Shown: piece by piece, positions 29,329 to 37,977 of the stretch
Layout: each line of letters begins with the position of its first letter
Numbering within the stretch: the first letter of the stretch is position 1
Source: Legionellaceae bacterium
GTDB taxonomy: Bacteria; Pseudomonadota; Gammaproteobacteria; Legionellales; Legionellaceae
Length of the DNA stretch: 53,845 nt
NCBI GenBank assembly: GCA_947477015.1
Contig: CANJSM010000001.1
Span: 1 to 53,845, forward strand
Reading direction: 5' to 3'
The notes under the pieces: model-generated
Told to the model about the DNA's origin: nothing
What the model saw: only the letters and a program-made list of their open reading frames with translations
Database searches by the model: none
Position numbers and translations under genes: made by a program

Positions 29329-30015
29329 ATGAGTCGTTCAAAGGAAAAGGAGTGGATGGATCTGGGGCCTGCGTTTTATACGCCAGAAGAATATGCCGAT
29401 TGTCTCAAAATTTTGTTTGATGTTAACAGGCTGTTAGGTTTTTTCAGAAGTACTGTGAAGTTGTTAAAACAGTTTCCTGGTGATGCCTCTTTGGTTGATG
29501 TAGGCTGTGGTGGGGGACTGTTTTTACTTCATTTGAGTCAACACTTTCCAAATATGCAATTCTTAGGTATCGATGTATCGGAGGTTGCGATTGCACAGGC
29601 GAGAAATGAGTTAATGCATTCGCCGAGCTCTTTTGGCAAGGTTGAATTTCAATTACAACCTCAGTTAGCACTCGAGCTCGCCAAACAAAGTATCGATATT
29701 GTTCTTATTACGTTGGTTTGCCATCATCTTGATGACGACGAATTGGTTGGTTTCTTGCAAAATGCTTATCAAGCAGCACGCCGTGCGGTCATTATTAATG
29801 ATTTACATCGTCATCCAGTCGCCTATTGGTTTTATAAAAAAATCAGTCCAGTGATGTTTCGCAATCGATTAATTACCCATGACGGGTTGGTCTCTATTCA
29901 GCGCAGTTTCACGCGAGCTGAGCTACAACGTCTGTTTAAGCGTGCGAATATTCAACAGTATGAGATTAAGTGGTGTTTTCCCTTTCGATGGCGTGTTGTG
30001 TTATGGAAGAATTAA
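29329..30015 (+). CDS. class I SAM-dependent methyltransferase (first gene of the PKS operon)
   Basis: SAM motif I LVDVGCGGGLF and post-I acidic GIDVS. The stop overlaps the start of the next gene by 13 nt. The ATG at 29329 is preferred over the non-ATG track start. Confidence 0.8.
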   Translation: MSRSKEKEWMDLGPAFYTPEEYADCLKILFDVNRLLGFFRSTVKLLKQFPGDASLVDVGCGGGLFLLHLSQHFPNMQFLGIDVSEVAIAQARNELMHSPSSFGKVEFQLQPQLALELAKQSIDIVLITLVCHHLDDDELVGFLQNAYQAARRAVIINDLHRHPVAYWFYKKISPVMFRNRLITHDGLVSIQRSFTRAELQRLFKRANIQQYEIKWCFPFRWRVVLWKN

Positions 30016-31079
30016 TCATTGTTGGGGGTGGTGTTGCAGGCCTTGGATGTTTAAATGCACTCCTGGATCACAACGTGTCACCCTTACTGCTTGAGGGCTC
30101 AACCATTGGTTCGCCTAAAATGTGTGGGGAATTTCTAGCTCCTCCTGTGATTGAGCCGCTCAAACAATGGGGGATTGGACCTTTACAGACGATAAAGCAA
30201 GCGCGGTTTATAGGAACAAATACGGCAATGCAATGTTCTTTTCCTAGACCAGCAGGAGCCTATGCGAGACATGAGGCTGAGCTTGAATTGGCTGTGCGTG
30301 CAAGAAAACTTGGGGGGCGTATTCTTGAGCAGTCACCGATTAAACACATTATCCCTCCAACAAAAAAGGCACCTTATGTCTTGCAGTTGGCTTCAGGTGA
30401 AACCCTGCAAGCGCGAGCGGTGATTTTTGCGACGGGACGATTTTCGCAATCTCAGGGGCTATCGAAGTATGTGGGATTTAAAACACATGTGTCTAAGATT
30501 GTTGAACCGGAAACCTTACTCATGTTTGGTTTTTCAGGCGGGTATCTGGGTATCGTTCCGGTGACCTCTGAAACCAGTAATTTGACGTGTTTGGTTAAAC
30601 GAGAAGTGGTTGAGGCGGTGGGATCGTGTCACGATTTTTTGGAGGCAACATTAACACGCTTCTCGTCTTTGCGAGCAACGCGAAGCAATCCAGCCGTTCA
30701 GGATTCGGCGCTGGATTGCTTCGCCTCGCTTGAAAAGACCGACTGGTTAGAAGGCCCTGCACCTGCATTTGGCATGAAAACGCGCCCTAACTGGTCTTCA
30801 GCCTATTGGATTGGCGATGCATTTGCGAGTGTACATCCAGCCATTGGGTACGGATTTGCGCACAGTGTGACCAGTGCTCTACTGGCCGCAAAATATTATT
30901 TAAAACAAGACCCATCAGGATATCAGGCGATGCTTCAACGAACGATGCGACCAAAGCGGATGATAGGGTTAGGGATGCATCATTTACTACAAAAACCCCG
31001 GCTTTGCAGTGCGGTGTCTCATTGGGTTGAGGCAAATCAATGGATTAGTCATGGATTATTAAACTTTTTGGACTATTAA
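30003..31079 (+). CDS. FAD-dependent oxidoreductase/monooxygenase (geranylgeranyl-reductase / PHBH-fold family)
   Basis: N-terminal dinucleotide fold LIIVGGGVAGLG...LLLE and the late motif GDAFASVHPAIGYGF. Its stop lies 1 nt before the PKS ATG. Confidence 0.8.
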   Translation: MEELIIVGGGVAGLGCLNALLDHNVSPLLLEGSTIGSPKMCGEFLAPPVIEPLKQWGIGPLQTIKQARFIGTNTAMQCSFPRPAGAYARHEAELELAVRARKLGGRILEQSPIKHIIPPTKKAPYVLQLASGETLQARAVIFATGRFSQSQGLSKYVGFKTHVSKIVEPETLLMFGFSGGYLGIVPVTSETSNLTCLVKREVVEAVGSCHDFLEATLTRFSSLRATRSNPAVQDSALDCFASLEKTDWLEGPAPAFGMKTRPNWSSAYWIGDAFASVHPAIGYGFAHSVTSALLAAKYYLKQDPSGYQAMLQRTMRPKRMIGLGMHHLLQKPRLCSAVSHWVEANQWISHGLLNFLDY

Positions 31080-31080
31080 T

Positions 31081-32178
31081 ATGTACTCTGCAATAACGGC
31101 AATTGGAACGGCAACCCCTGCATATCGGCGTGCGCAGCACGAGCTTGCTGAACTCATTTCGGAAGGCTTTCACTTAAATCCTGTACAAACAAAACTATTG
31201 AAGCGAATTTATAAATCATCTGGTATCGAGCAACGGCATAGTGTGTTGACCGATTATTGTAAATTACCCGGAGAGTTCGAGTTTTTTCCTAACGATCCAT
31301 CCGTGAGTTTTCCAAGCACAGCTAAGCGTATGGCTGTATACAAAGAGAATGCTTTAAACTTGGCAATTGCCGCAATTGAAGATTGTCTTGCTCCCATCAA
31401 ACAACCTCACATTACTCACGTTATCACTGTAAGCTGCACGGGCATGTATGCACCAGGGATTGATATAGAAATTGTGCAGAAATTGAAGCTAGCCTCATCC
31501 ACGAAACGTACCTCAATTAATTTTATGGGGTGTTATGGCGCTTTTAACGGCATGAAAGCGGCTGATTCAATTTGTCGCGCTGATCCTGATGCCACGGTTT
31601 TGTTGGTTTGCGTTGAGCTTTGTTCGATTCATATTCAAAATAACTTTACTCTGGATAGTCTTATTTCAAATGCAATTTTTGCAGACGGTGCGGCAGCGGT
31701 ATTGATTCAAAGTCAACTTGCAATCTCACAAAAGCACTTAAAGTTCACATCATTTTATTGTGACATCATGCCTCAAACTCACGATGACATGGCTTGGCAT
31801 ATTGGCGACTTTGGCTTTGACATGGTGTTGAGTGCTTATGTTCCCGAAGCCATTAAGTCGGGTATTTTGGCGTTTTCTGAAGGCTTACTCAGGCAATCCA
31901 ATCAATCATTGGGTGATATCGATTATTTTGCAATTCACCCCGGGGGTGTAAAAATACTTCAGGCCTGTGAATCAGCATTTAATATTAGCTCGTATGATAA
32001 TCGCTTTTCATATGATGTGTTGCGGCAATATGGCAACATGTCTTCCGCTACGGTGTTGTTTGTTTTGAAAGAAATTTGGGCCAATCTGGATGAAGTAGAT
32101 GATCAAAAAACCCTGTTTAGCTGCGCGTTTGGGCCGGGCTTAACCTTGGAATCCATGTTGCTAGAGGTCAAATACTAA
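31081..32178 (+). CDS. type III polyketide synthase (chalcone/stilbene synthase superfamily)
   Basis: Colinear CHS-like motifs are present: ITHVITVSCTGMYAPGID, FMGCYGAFNG (catalytic Cys151, codon 31531-31533), FAIHPGG (His286, 31936-31938), YGNMSSATVLFVL (Asn319, 32035-32037) and GPGLT. Confidence 0.9.
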   Translation: MYSAITAIGTATPAYRRAQHELAELISEGFHLNPVQTKLLKRIYKSSGIEQRHSVLTDYCKLPGEFEFFPNDPSVSFPSTAKRMAVYKENALNLAIAAIEDCLAPIKQPHITHVITVSCTGMYAPGIDIEIVQKLKLASSTKRTSINFMGCYGAFNGMKAADSICRADPDATVLLVCVELCSIHIQNNFTLDSLISNAIFADGAAAVLIQSQLAISQKHLKFTSFYCDIMPQTHDDMAWHIGDFGFDMVLSAYVPEAIKSGILAFSEGLLRQSNQSLGDIDYFAIHPGGVKILQACESAFNISSYDNRFSYDVLRQYGNMSSATVLFVLKEIWANLDEVDDQKTLFSCAFGPGLTLESMLLEVKY

Positions 32179-33107
32179 GGCGTATTTAAGCTCTCACTAA
32201 TAATACTGGTTAACATGCCTTGCCGCGTCCTGGTCCGTTTTATCACCGTGTAAACAGTTAGATGACTATCACGGCTTGACGTGGTGGCGATACTTAAAAA
32301 ATAATTGCTCTCAACAGTCACTTGTTCTTTAGGAATATTTAATTTTTGTAATAACGAAATACTATTTGCAAGCGTTATCCCGCCTGATTCCTCTCGAGCT
32401 ACTAAAATTTCTTTCACTTGGGCTGCATCCAGTCCATTACCTAGGGTCATAAGTATAGCTTTGGGTGCGGTATTGATGTTTATTGGTGTAATTTCGGGTA
32501 ATGCTGTCATGACAGGCAATGCCATTTGATACACGTCAGGAGTGACGCCGCTGACTAGGCGAAACTCGGATATATTTCGCATGGGTTGATGACCTGGGTT
32601 ATAGGGTGGATTTCGTTGTAAATAAGCACTTGAAAATGAGTCAGCTCCTTGTTCGAGCCGATTAGTTCGAATCCAATGGGTGGTTGCATCAAAAATTAAT
32701 TTTCGATCGGATTGGTTAATTTTTTTAGGCCAATTCTCTAACAGTCGATAGAATAACGCATGAAATTTTTTATCCTGCAAATTGTTTACATTAAATCTTG
32801 CTTGTAGATCATACACCGCCCCTTCAGTATGAACGTTTGGATAAATGGATTGTAATTTTGTTGGAAAAGTAAATATTTTTTCCTTTGTATTTAATGTGTT
32901 TGATGAGTTGTTCTGGGCAGATAATTTATCCATAGCCCACCAAGTGACCGCTTGCGAGGCTAAATACAGTTTGTCACTGTTGATGTGTGCAGAGGTGCGA
33001 TAAATATCTAATCTTAAGCGCGTACTCATTGCTGTTGCTGCAATGGCAACGAGGGTCATGATGAACAACGCTGAAATGAGCGCACTTCCCAATGATTTAT
33101 TCTGCAT
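32175..33107 (-). CDS. gspK: type II secretion minor pseudopilin GspK (LspK)
   Basis: N-terminal hydrophobic helix GSALISALFIMTLVAI, GspK size, and position as the last gene of the pseudopilin operon. Confidence 0.8.
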   Translation of the reverse strand: MQNKSLGSALISALFIMTLVAIAATAMSTRLRLDIYRTSAHINSDKLYLASQAVTWWAMDKLSAQNNSSNTLNTKEKIFTFPTKLQSIYPNVHTEGAVYDLQARFNVNNLQDKKFHALFYRLLENWPKKINQSDRKLIFDATTHWIRTNRLEQGADSFSSAYLQRNPPYNPGHQPMRNISEFRLVSGVTPDVYQMALPVMTALPEITPININTAPKAILMTLGNGLDAAQVKEILVAREESGGITLANSISLLQKLNIPKEQVTVESNYFLSIATTSSRDSHLTVYTVIKRTRTRQGMLTSIISESLNTP

Positions 33108-33711
33108 ACAGCGCCTCTGGTACGATAAACAGTAAACTCATGTCCCCCCAGTCTTTTACATTTAATGTAAATTGTATGGCGGTGGGTAGCGACTCTTTAC
33201 GTTGATTTTGTTTTAAGGCATTTTCACGCCAAGTAGAAAGGACTTGGTTATTGTGTGCTAGGTATGCGAATTGGCATTGAGTCAAGTGGCTAAGCAATAC
33301 TTTGTCTTGATAAGCATTTCGATGGGGGGTGTCTAGCGCCTCCCAGCTTCGCCTTATCAATTGCCCATTACTACAGATAAAGGCTATGCGCATCAATGTG
33401 CTGCTTAATAATTGGCCGCCAGGGTTAACCTCTCCGCCACGCGTGAATTCTACATACTGTGGGCGACCTGTAAATACAGGTAAATGCTGAGATGTGTTGC
33501 TGCGGACACTCCGCTCCACAATTTGTTGAGTATCTCGCCGAATCAATGCCATGGCTAGTTGTATTACACTGAGTTTGTCGGCTTGCTTTGTGACAATGGC
33601 TCGCGTGTTAAACGCGTGATACATGGCAGAGGAGGTGATGGTCGCTAAAATTGAAAAGATAACAAGGGCGATTAGAATTTCAAAGAGTGTGAAGGCGCTC
33701 TGTTTTTTCAT
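33097..33711 (-). CDS. gspJ: type II secretion minor pseudopilin GspJ (LspJ)
   Basis: Prepilin leader MKKQSA/FTLFEILIAL. Confidence 0.8.
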   Translation of the reverse strand: MKKQSAFTLFEILIALVIFSILATITSSAMYHAFNTRAIVTKQADKLSVIQLAMALIRRDTQQIVERSVRSNTSQHLPVFTGRPQYVEFTRGGEVNPGGQLLSSTLMRIAFICSNGQLIRRSWEALDTPHRNAYQDKVLLSHLTQCQFAYLAHNNQVLSTWRENALKQNQRKESLPTAIQFTLNVKDWGDMSLLFIVPEALYAE

Positions 33712-34073
33712 GGTTGACGCTTGAATGCAATTAATAAATCGCCATAAGGCCCGGATTGATGTTTACTGACAGTGATCTTGATTTGTTGCATGTGATGAAC
33801 CTGTGTAGGCTGTAATTGTGCCTTCCAATACCATTTTTGCCCCAGCATCTTGGTGACTTGATAACTTTCCTGGTTACCAGATGGGCTTAACAGCCCGAGC
33901 TGAATCATGGCGACGCCCTGCATGGCGACCCAGTGACTAATCGATTTGTCTTTAATGCGTGAGGTGCCGGCTACTGTTTGAGCGGTGGCGTTAATAAGTG
34001 CCGTTAATGCGATAGCAATGACGGCTAATGCCAGTAACACTTCTATCAGAGTAAATCCCTTGGATGTTTTCAT
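33708..34073 (-). CDS. gspI: type II secretion minor pseudopilin GspI (LspI)
   Basis: Prepilin leader MKTSKG/FTLIEVLLAL, about 120 aa. Confidence 0.85.
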   Translation of the reverse strand: MKTSKGFTLIEVLLALAVIAIALTALINATAQTVAGTSRIKDKSISHWVAMQGVAMIQLGLLSPSGNQESYQVTKMLGQKWYWKAQLQPTQVHHMQQIKITVSKHQSGPYGDLLIAFKRQP

Positions 34074-34606
34074 GGCGACTTCACAGTTTGCAGGGCACCG
34101 TTGTGCTCTCCAATGATGGAAACAATTGACGGTTGTTTTGCTGAGCCAAATGTCATCGTGAATGCAGTCATGTCACCGGAAGAATTGATGATAATGGATG
34201 GACTGTTGCGCGAACTCGCGTTATTTTGAAGATTGATGACCGATCCTTTGGGGAAATGCTGCTCATGAAAAATACTGTTCGATGACATGGGAAGCCATTT
34301 GGCGTTGGGTGAGAGCCTCATGACTTGATATCCATTTTTATGAATACCAATCCCCAAAGTAGTGGTTTCTAAGATGGCTTGTTGCTGGGCGAGTTTGACA
34401 TATTGATTAAATTGCTCAGCTGAAATCAAAATACGTCGCTTTTCACCAAAATCACCAAATGCCATTAATGCAAAACTCAGTGTGATGCCGACTATCAAGA
34501 TCACCACTAGAATCTCAATGAGTGTAAAACCCTTGTTCGACTTTGCGAACGCAGTGAAGCAATCCAGCTTTTCAGAGTGGGCGCTTGGAAGTGCTTTACT
34601 GCGCAT
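34070..34606 (-). CDS. gspH: type II secretion minor pseudopilin GspH (LspH)
   Basis: G/FTLIEILVV prepilin motif. The nearest in-frame ATG, at 34606, gives an unusually long 26-aa leader and overlaps the gspG 3' end by 11 nt. Confidence 0.75.
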   Translation of the reverse strand: MRSKALPSAHSEKLDCFTAFAKSNKGFTLIEILVVILIVGITLSFALMAFGDFGEKRRILISAEQFNQYVKLAQQQAILETTTLGIGIHKNGYQVMRLSPNAKWLPMSSNSIFHEQHFPKGSVINLQNNASSRNSPSIIINSSGDMTAFTMTFGSAKQPSIVSIIGEHNGALQTVKSP

Positions 34607-35015
34607 TCCAGTTACCCACGTCGGCATTACTTCCGGTGCCACCAGGTTGCCCATCAGCGCCATAAGTAAACACATCTACTTCATCGTGTTCCCCAGGATT
34701 TAGATAAAGATAATCATGTCCCCATGGGTCTTTGGGCACTGATTTGAGATAACTCTGCCAATTATTGGGTGTGGGATTGCCGCTGGGTTGATGCACTAAC
34801 GCACTAATGCCCTGATCTGTTGATGGATAAAAGCCGTTATCCAGTTTATATAGATCAAGCGCGCTTTGAATGGACATGACATCTTGTTTAGCCTTAACCA
34901 TGCGGGCTTCATCGGGTCGGTTAATAATTTTAGGCACAACCAATGCGGCTAAAATACCAAGAATAACGACAACAACCATGATTTCAATGAGTGAAAAACC
35001 CCGTTGATTTCCCAT
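34596..35015 (-). CDS. gspG: type II secretion major pseudopilin GspG (LspG)
   Basis: MGNQRG/FSLIEIMVVVVILGILAALVVPK and the conserved GspG C-terminal region (DPWGHDY, YGADGQPGG). Confidence 0.95.
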   Translation of the reverse strand: MGNQRGFSLIEIMVVVVILGILAALVVPKIINRPDEARMVKAKQDVMSIQSALDLYKLDNGFYPSTDQGISALVHQPSGNPTPNNWQSYLKSVPKDPWGHDYLYLNPGEHDEVDVFTYGADGQPGGTGSNADVGNWNAQ

Positions 35016-35028
35016 AATAAATAAACTC

Positions 35029-36228
35029 CTAAGTGACTAGTTGTTCCATTGAAAAAATAGGTAATAAAGTAGCCAGTACAATAAATAACACCACTGCTCC
35101 CATGAACAGTATGACCAAAGGTTCTAGTAGGGTCAACGCTGTATCAATCAAGCGCTGAACTTCTTTATCCATGTGTAGGGCTGCGCGCTCCATCATGGCG
35201 GCGAGTTGGCCGCTTTTTTCACCACTAGCAATTAAATGAGTCGCCATTGGGCTTAAAAAACGCGTTTCTTTTAATGCAAGACTGATAGCCGTCCCTTCTC
35301 GAACTCGAGTTGCGGCTCCATCAAAGGCATTGCGCATGACGAGGTTCGTCACAAGACTTGCAGATACGCGCATGGTTTCTAATACATTGACGCCGGCTGA
35401 AAATAGAATACCAAATGTATGAATATAACGTGCTACATTGACGGACTTAACCAGATAACTGGCTATAGGCAGTTTTAAGATGAGTTGATGCCATTTGAGT
35501 TTGATACGAGGTTTTTTTAAACTCTGTTTAAATCCGACAAACAAGACCAATAAGCCAAATAATAGATACAACCCATTTGATTTTACAAACGTACTAATAT
35601 TTAGCAGAACAAGGGTCATTGCTGGTAAAGATTGACCACTGCTGGTAAATACTTCGATAATTTTAGGCACAACAAAGGCCAACAAAAAACTAATGATGGC
35701 CGTCGATACGACGATCATCAATGTTGGATAAATCAGCGCTTGCTGAATTTTTTGACGTGTACGTTGTTGGTTTTCAGTATAATCAGCTAATTTTTCCAAG
35801 ACTAAATCTAACCTGCCTGTTTGTTCTCCTGCAGAGACTGTGGCGCGATATAAATCAGGAAACGCTTGAGGATAGTCGCTCATGGCTTGAGCCAAGGCAT
35901 AGCCTTCCATGACCTTTGAACGGACTCCCGTGATTAATTGACGAACATTGGATTTTTCAGATTGCTCAGCGACACCCCGCAATGATTCCTCAATGGGAAT
36001 GCCAGCAGCGAGCAGGGTGGCAAGTTGGCGCGTTAAAAGCGATAGATCGACTGCGGATAATTTATCGCGATGCTTTAAAAGGTTGCGTTTTTTAAGCGTA
36101 TTGAGTTGAACGGGAATCATGCCTTGTTCGCGGATTAACTGGCGGGCATGGCGTTCAGAATCAGCTTCAATCACCCCTTTGACTGTATTGCCGGATTTTT
36201 TTAATGCTTGGTATTGGTACGCACCCAT
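35029..36228 (-). CDS. gspF: type II secretion inner-membrane platform protein GspF (LspF)
   Basis: Duplicated GspF/PilC domains and three TM segments, about 400 aa. Confidence 0.9.
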   Translation of the reverse strand: MGAYQYQALKKSGNTVKGVIEADSERHARQLIREQGMIPVQLNTLKKRNLLKHRDKLSAVDLSLLTRQLATLLAAGIPIEESLRGVAEQSEKSNVRQLITGVRSKVMEGYALAQAMSDYPQAFPDLYRATVSAGEQTGRLDLVLEKLADYTENQQRTRQKIQQALIYPTLMIVVSTAIISFLLAFVVPKIIEVFTSSGQSLPAMTLVLLNISTFVKSNGLYLLFGLLVLFVGFKQSLKKPRIKLKWHQLILKLPIASYLVKSVNVARYIHTFGILFSAGVNVLETMRVSASLVTNLVMRNAFDGAATRVREGTAISLALKETRFLSPMATHLIASGEKSGQLAAMMERAALHMDKEVQRLIDTALTLLEPLVILFMGAVVLFIVLATLLPIFSMEQLVT

Positions 36229-36308
36229 GATTGCCCGATTTCACTTTGACTCAACTTAGTTTAATATATTAGCAACTATAAGTCACTTAAGGTAATCGGG
36301 AGAAAGTA

Positions 36309-37718
36309 ATGAACAAAAATGCGCTGTTGGCGGCAATTAAAGAACATGATGCTAAGTTTGTGGACTTAAGGTTTACCGATACGCGTGGTAAAGAGCAGCA
36401 CATTACCATTCCTGTGTCGGCTGTGAGTGACGATTTTATTGAAAATGGAAAAATGATCGATGGCTCTTCTTTTAAAGGTTGGCAAAAAATTCATCAGTCA
36501 GATTTGGCGTTATTACCTGATTTAAGTTCTATTTTGCCCGATCCGTTTTTTCAAGACAGCACCGTGTTTATTCATTGCAACGTGGTTGATCCACAAACCA
36601 TGATGGGCTACGAGCGCGATCCTCGTTCATTAGCACAGCGCGCTGAAACTTACTTGCAATCAACAGGCATTGCGGATCAGGCTTTGTTTGGACCCGAACC
36701 TGAATTTTTTATATTTGATGACGTGCGCTGGGAAACCAATATCAGTGGCGCATTTTACAAAATTGATTCAGAAGAAGCGGTATGGAACTCGAGTAAATTA
36801 ATGGAAGGTGGCAATATTGGTCATAGACCAGCTCTTAAAGGTGGCTACTTCCCGATGCCTCCGATTGACTCGTCTCAAGACATCCGTTCAGCCATCTGCT
36901 TAACATTGGAGTCACTAGGTATAGAAGTCGAGGCACACCACCATGAAGTGGCTACAGCAAACCAATGCGAAGTTGCAACCCGATTTAATACCTTAACGAA
37001 AAAGGCAGACGAATTACAAATCACTAAATACGTGATTCGAAACGTAGCTCATAATTATGGTAAAACGGCAACATTTATGCCTAAGCCATTGGTCGGCGAT
37101 AATGGTAGCGGCATGCATTGTCATCAATCATTGGCTAAAAATGGCGTTAATTTGTTTTCTGGTGATCAGTATGCGGGTCTCTCGGAAATGGCGCTGTATT
37201 ATATTGGGGGAATCATTAAACATGCTCGAGCATTAAACGTGTTTACAAATCCTGGTATTAATAGCTATAAACGTTTGGTTCCAGGCTTTGAGGCGCCAGT
37301 ATTGCTCGCATATTCAGCCCGAAATCGTTCAGCTGCAATTCGTATTCCTCATGTGAATAATCCTAAAGGTCGTCGAATTGAAGTGCGTTTTCCAGATCCA
37401 ACTGCGAACCCTTATCTAGCTTTTTCTGCAATGTTAATGGCAGGTCTAGATGGAATACAAAACAAAATTCATCCAGGGCAGGCAATAGATAAAGACTTGT
37501 ATGATTTACCTCCCGAGGAGCTGGTCAATGTTGCAACCGTTGCAGAGTCCTTGACACAGGCCGTTGATGCATTAGAAAAAGACCATGAATTCCTCTTGCA
37601 AGGGGATGTGTTTAGCAAAGACTTCATCAATAGTTGCATCAGTTTAAGACGAGAAGACATTCAACAAGTCAGCAGTTTAGTGCATCCAATTGAGTTTGAA
37701 ATGTACTATAGTGATTGA
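36309..37718 (+). CDS. glnA: glutamine synthetase type I
   Basis: [28 protein letters not shown] and the adenylylation-site context [10 protein letters not shown]. Confidence 0.95.
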   Translation: MNKNALLAAIKEHDAKFVDLRFTDTRGKEQHITIPVSAVSDDFIENGKMIDGSSFKGWQKIHQSDLALLPDLSSILPDPFFQDSTVFIHCNVVDPQTMMGYERDPRSLAQRAETYLQSTGIADQALFGPEPEFFIFDDVRWETNISGAFYKIDSEEAVWNSSKLMEGGNIGHRPALKGGYFPMPPIDSSQDIRSAICLTLESLGIEVEAHHHEVATANQCEVATRFNTLTKKADELQITKYVIRNVAHNYGKTATFMPKPLVGDNGSGMHCHQSLAKNGVNLFSGDQYAGLSEMALYYIGGIIKHARALNVFTNPGINSYKRLVPGFEAPVLLAYSARNRSAAIRIPHVNNPKGRRIEVRFPDPTANPYLAFSAMLMAGLDGIQNKIHPGQAIDKDLYDLPPEELVNVATVAESLTQAVDALEKDHEFLLQGDVFSKDFINSCISLRREDIQQVSSLVHPIEFEMYYSD

Positions 37719-37761
37719 TTATAAATCCAAGCTGTGAGATAAAATAAGTAGTAAACGTCAT

Positions 37762-37869
37762 GCTCGACTTTTTATGAACGTAGGTTGGGCCTTGGCCCAA
37801 CAAATTCTGTATTCGTGCTCCATCGTGTTGGGCCAAGGCCCAACCTACCGGTTGATAAATAAGTCGAGC
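37762..37869. repeat. composite REP-like palindromic element (two inverted 23-bp units inside 9-bp outer arms)
   Basis: GTAGGTTGGGCCTTGGCCCAACA (37780-37802) faces its exact reverse complement (37827-37849). The outer arms are GCTCGACTT (37762-37770) and AAGTCGAGC (37861-37869). A third unit lies at 53732-53755. Confidence 0.8.
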
Positions 37870-37894
37870 TTCGCGTTAGTAACCATTCAGCATT

Positions 37895-37924
37895 ATTCCT
37901 GACGTTTCACTGAACGTCAGGAAT
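37895..37924. repeat. perfect 12-bp stem / 6-nt loop hairpin
   Basis: ATTCCTGACGTT-tcactg-AACGTCAGGAAT with no T-run. It lies between the REP composite and the orphan ORF. Confidence 0.6.
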
Positions 37925-37977
37925 GGTGAGCAGTAATACTAAGGGGCTGTTTAGGTGACTTGAAAGGAGGGTTAATC

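Noticed and set aside
29329-30015. The idea that the methyltransferase next to the bio operon is the missing BioC.
   Set aside because: It is separated from bioA by a HEPN remnant and a T-rich stem-loop region. It is translationally coupled to the flavoprotein and type III PKS genes. Its C-terminal INDLHRHP...THDG region does not resemble the E. coli BioC sequence as I recall it. It is kept only as an experimental control in the bio finding.
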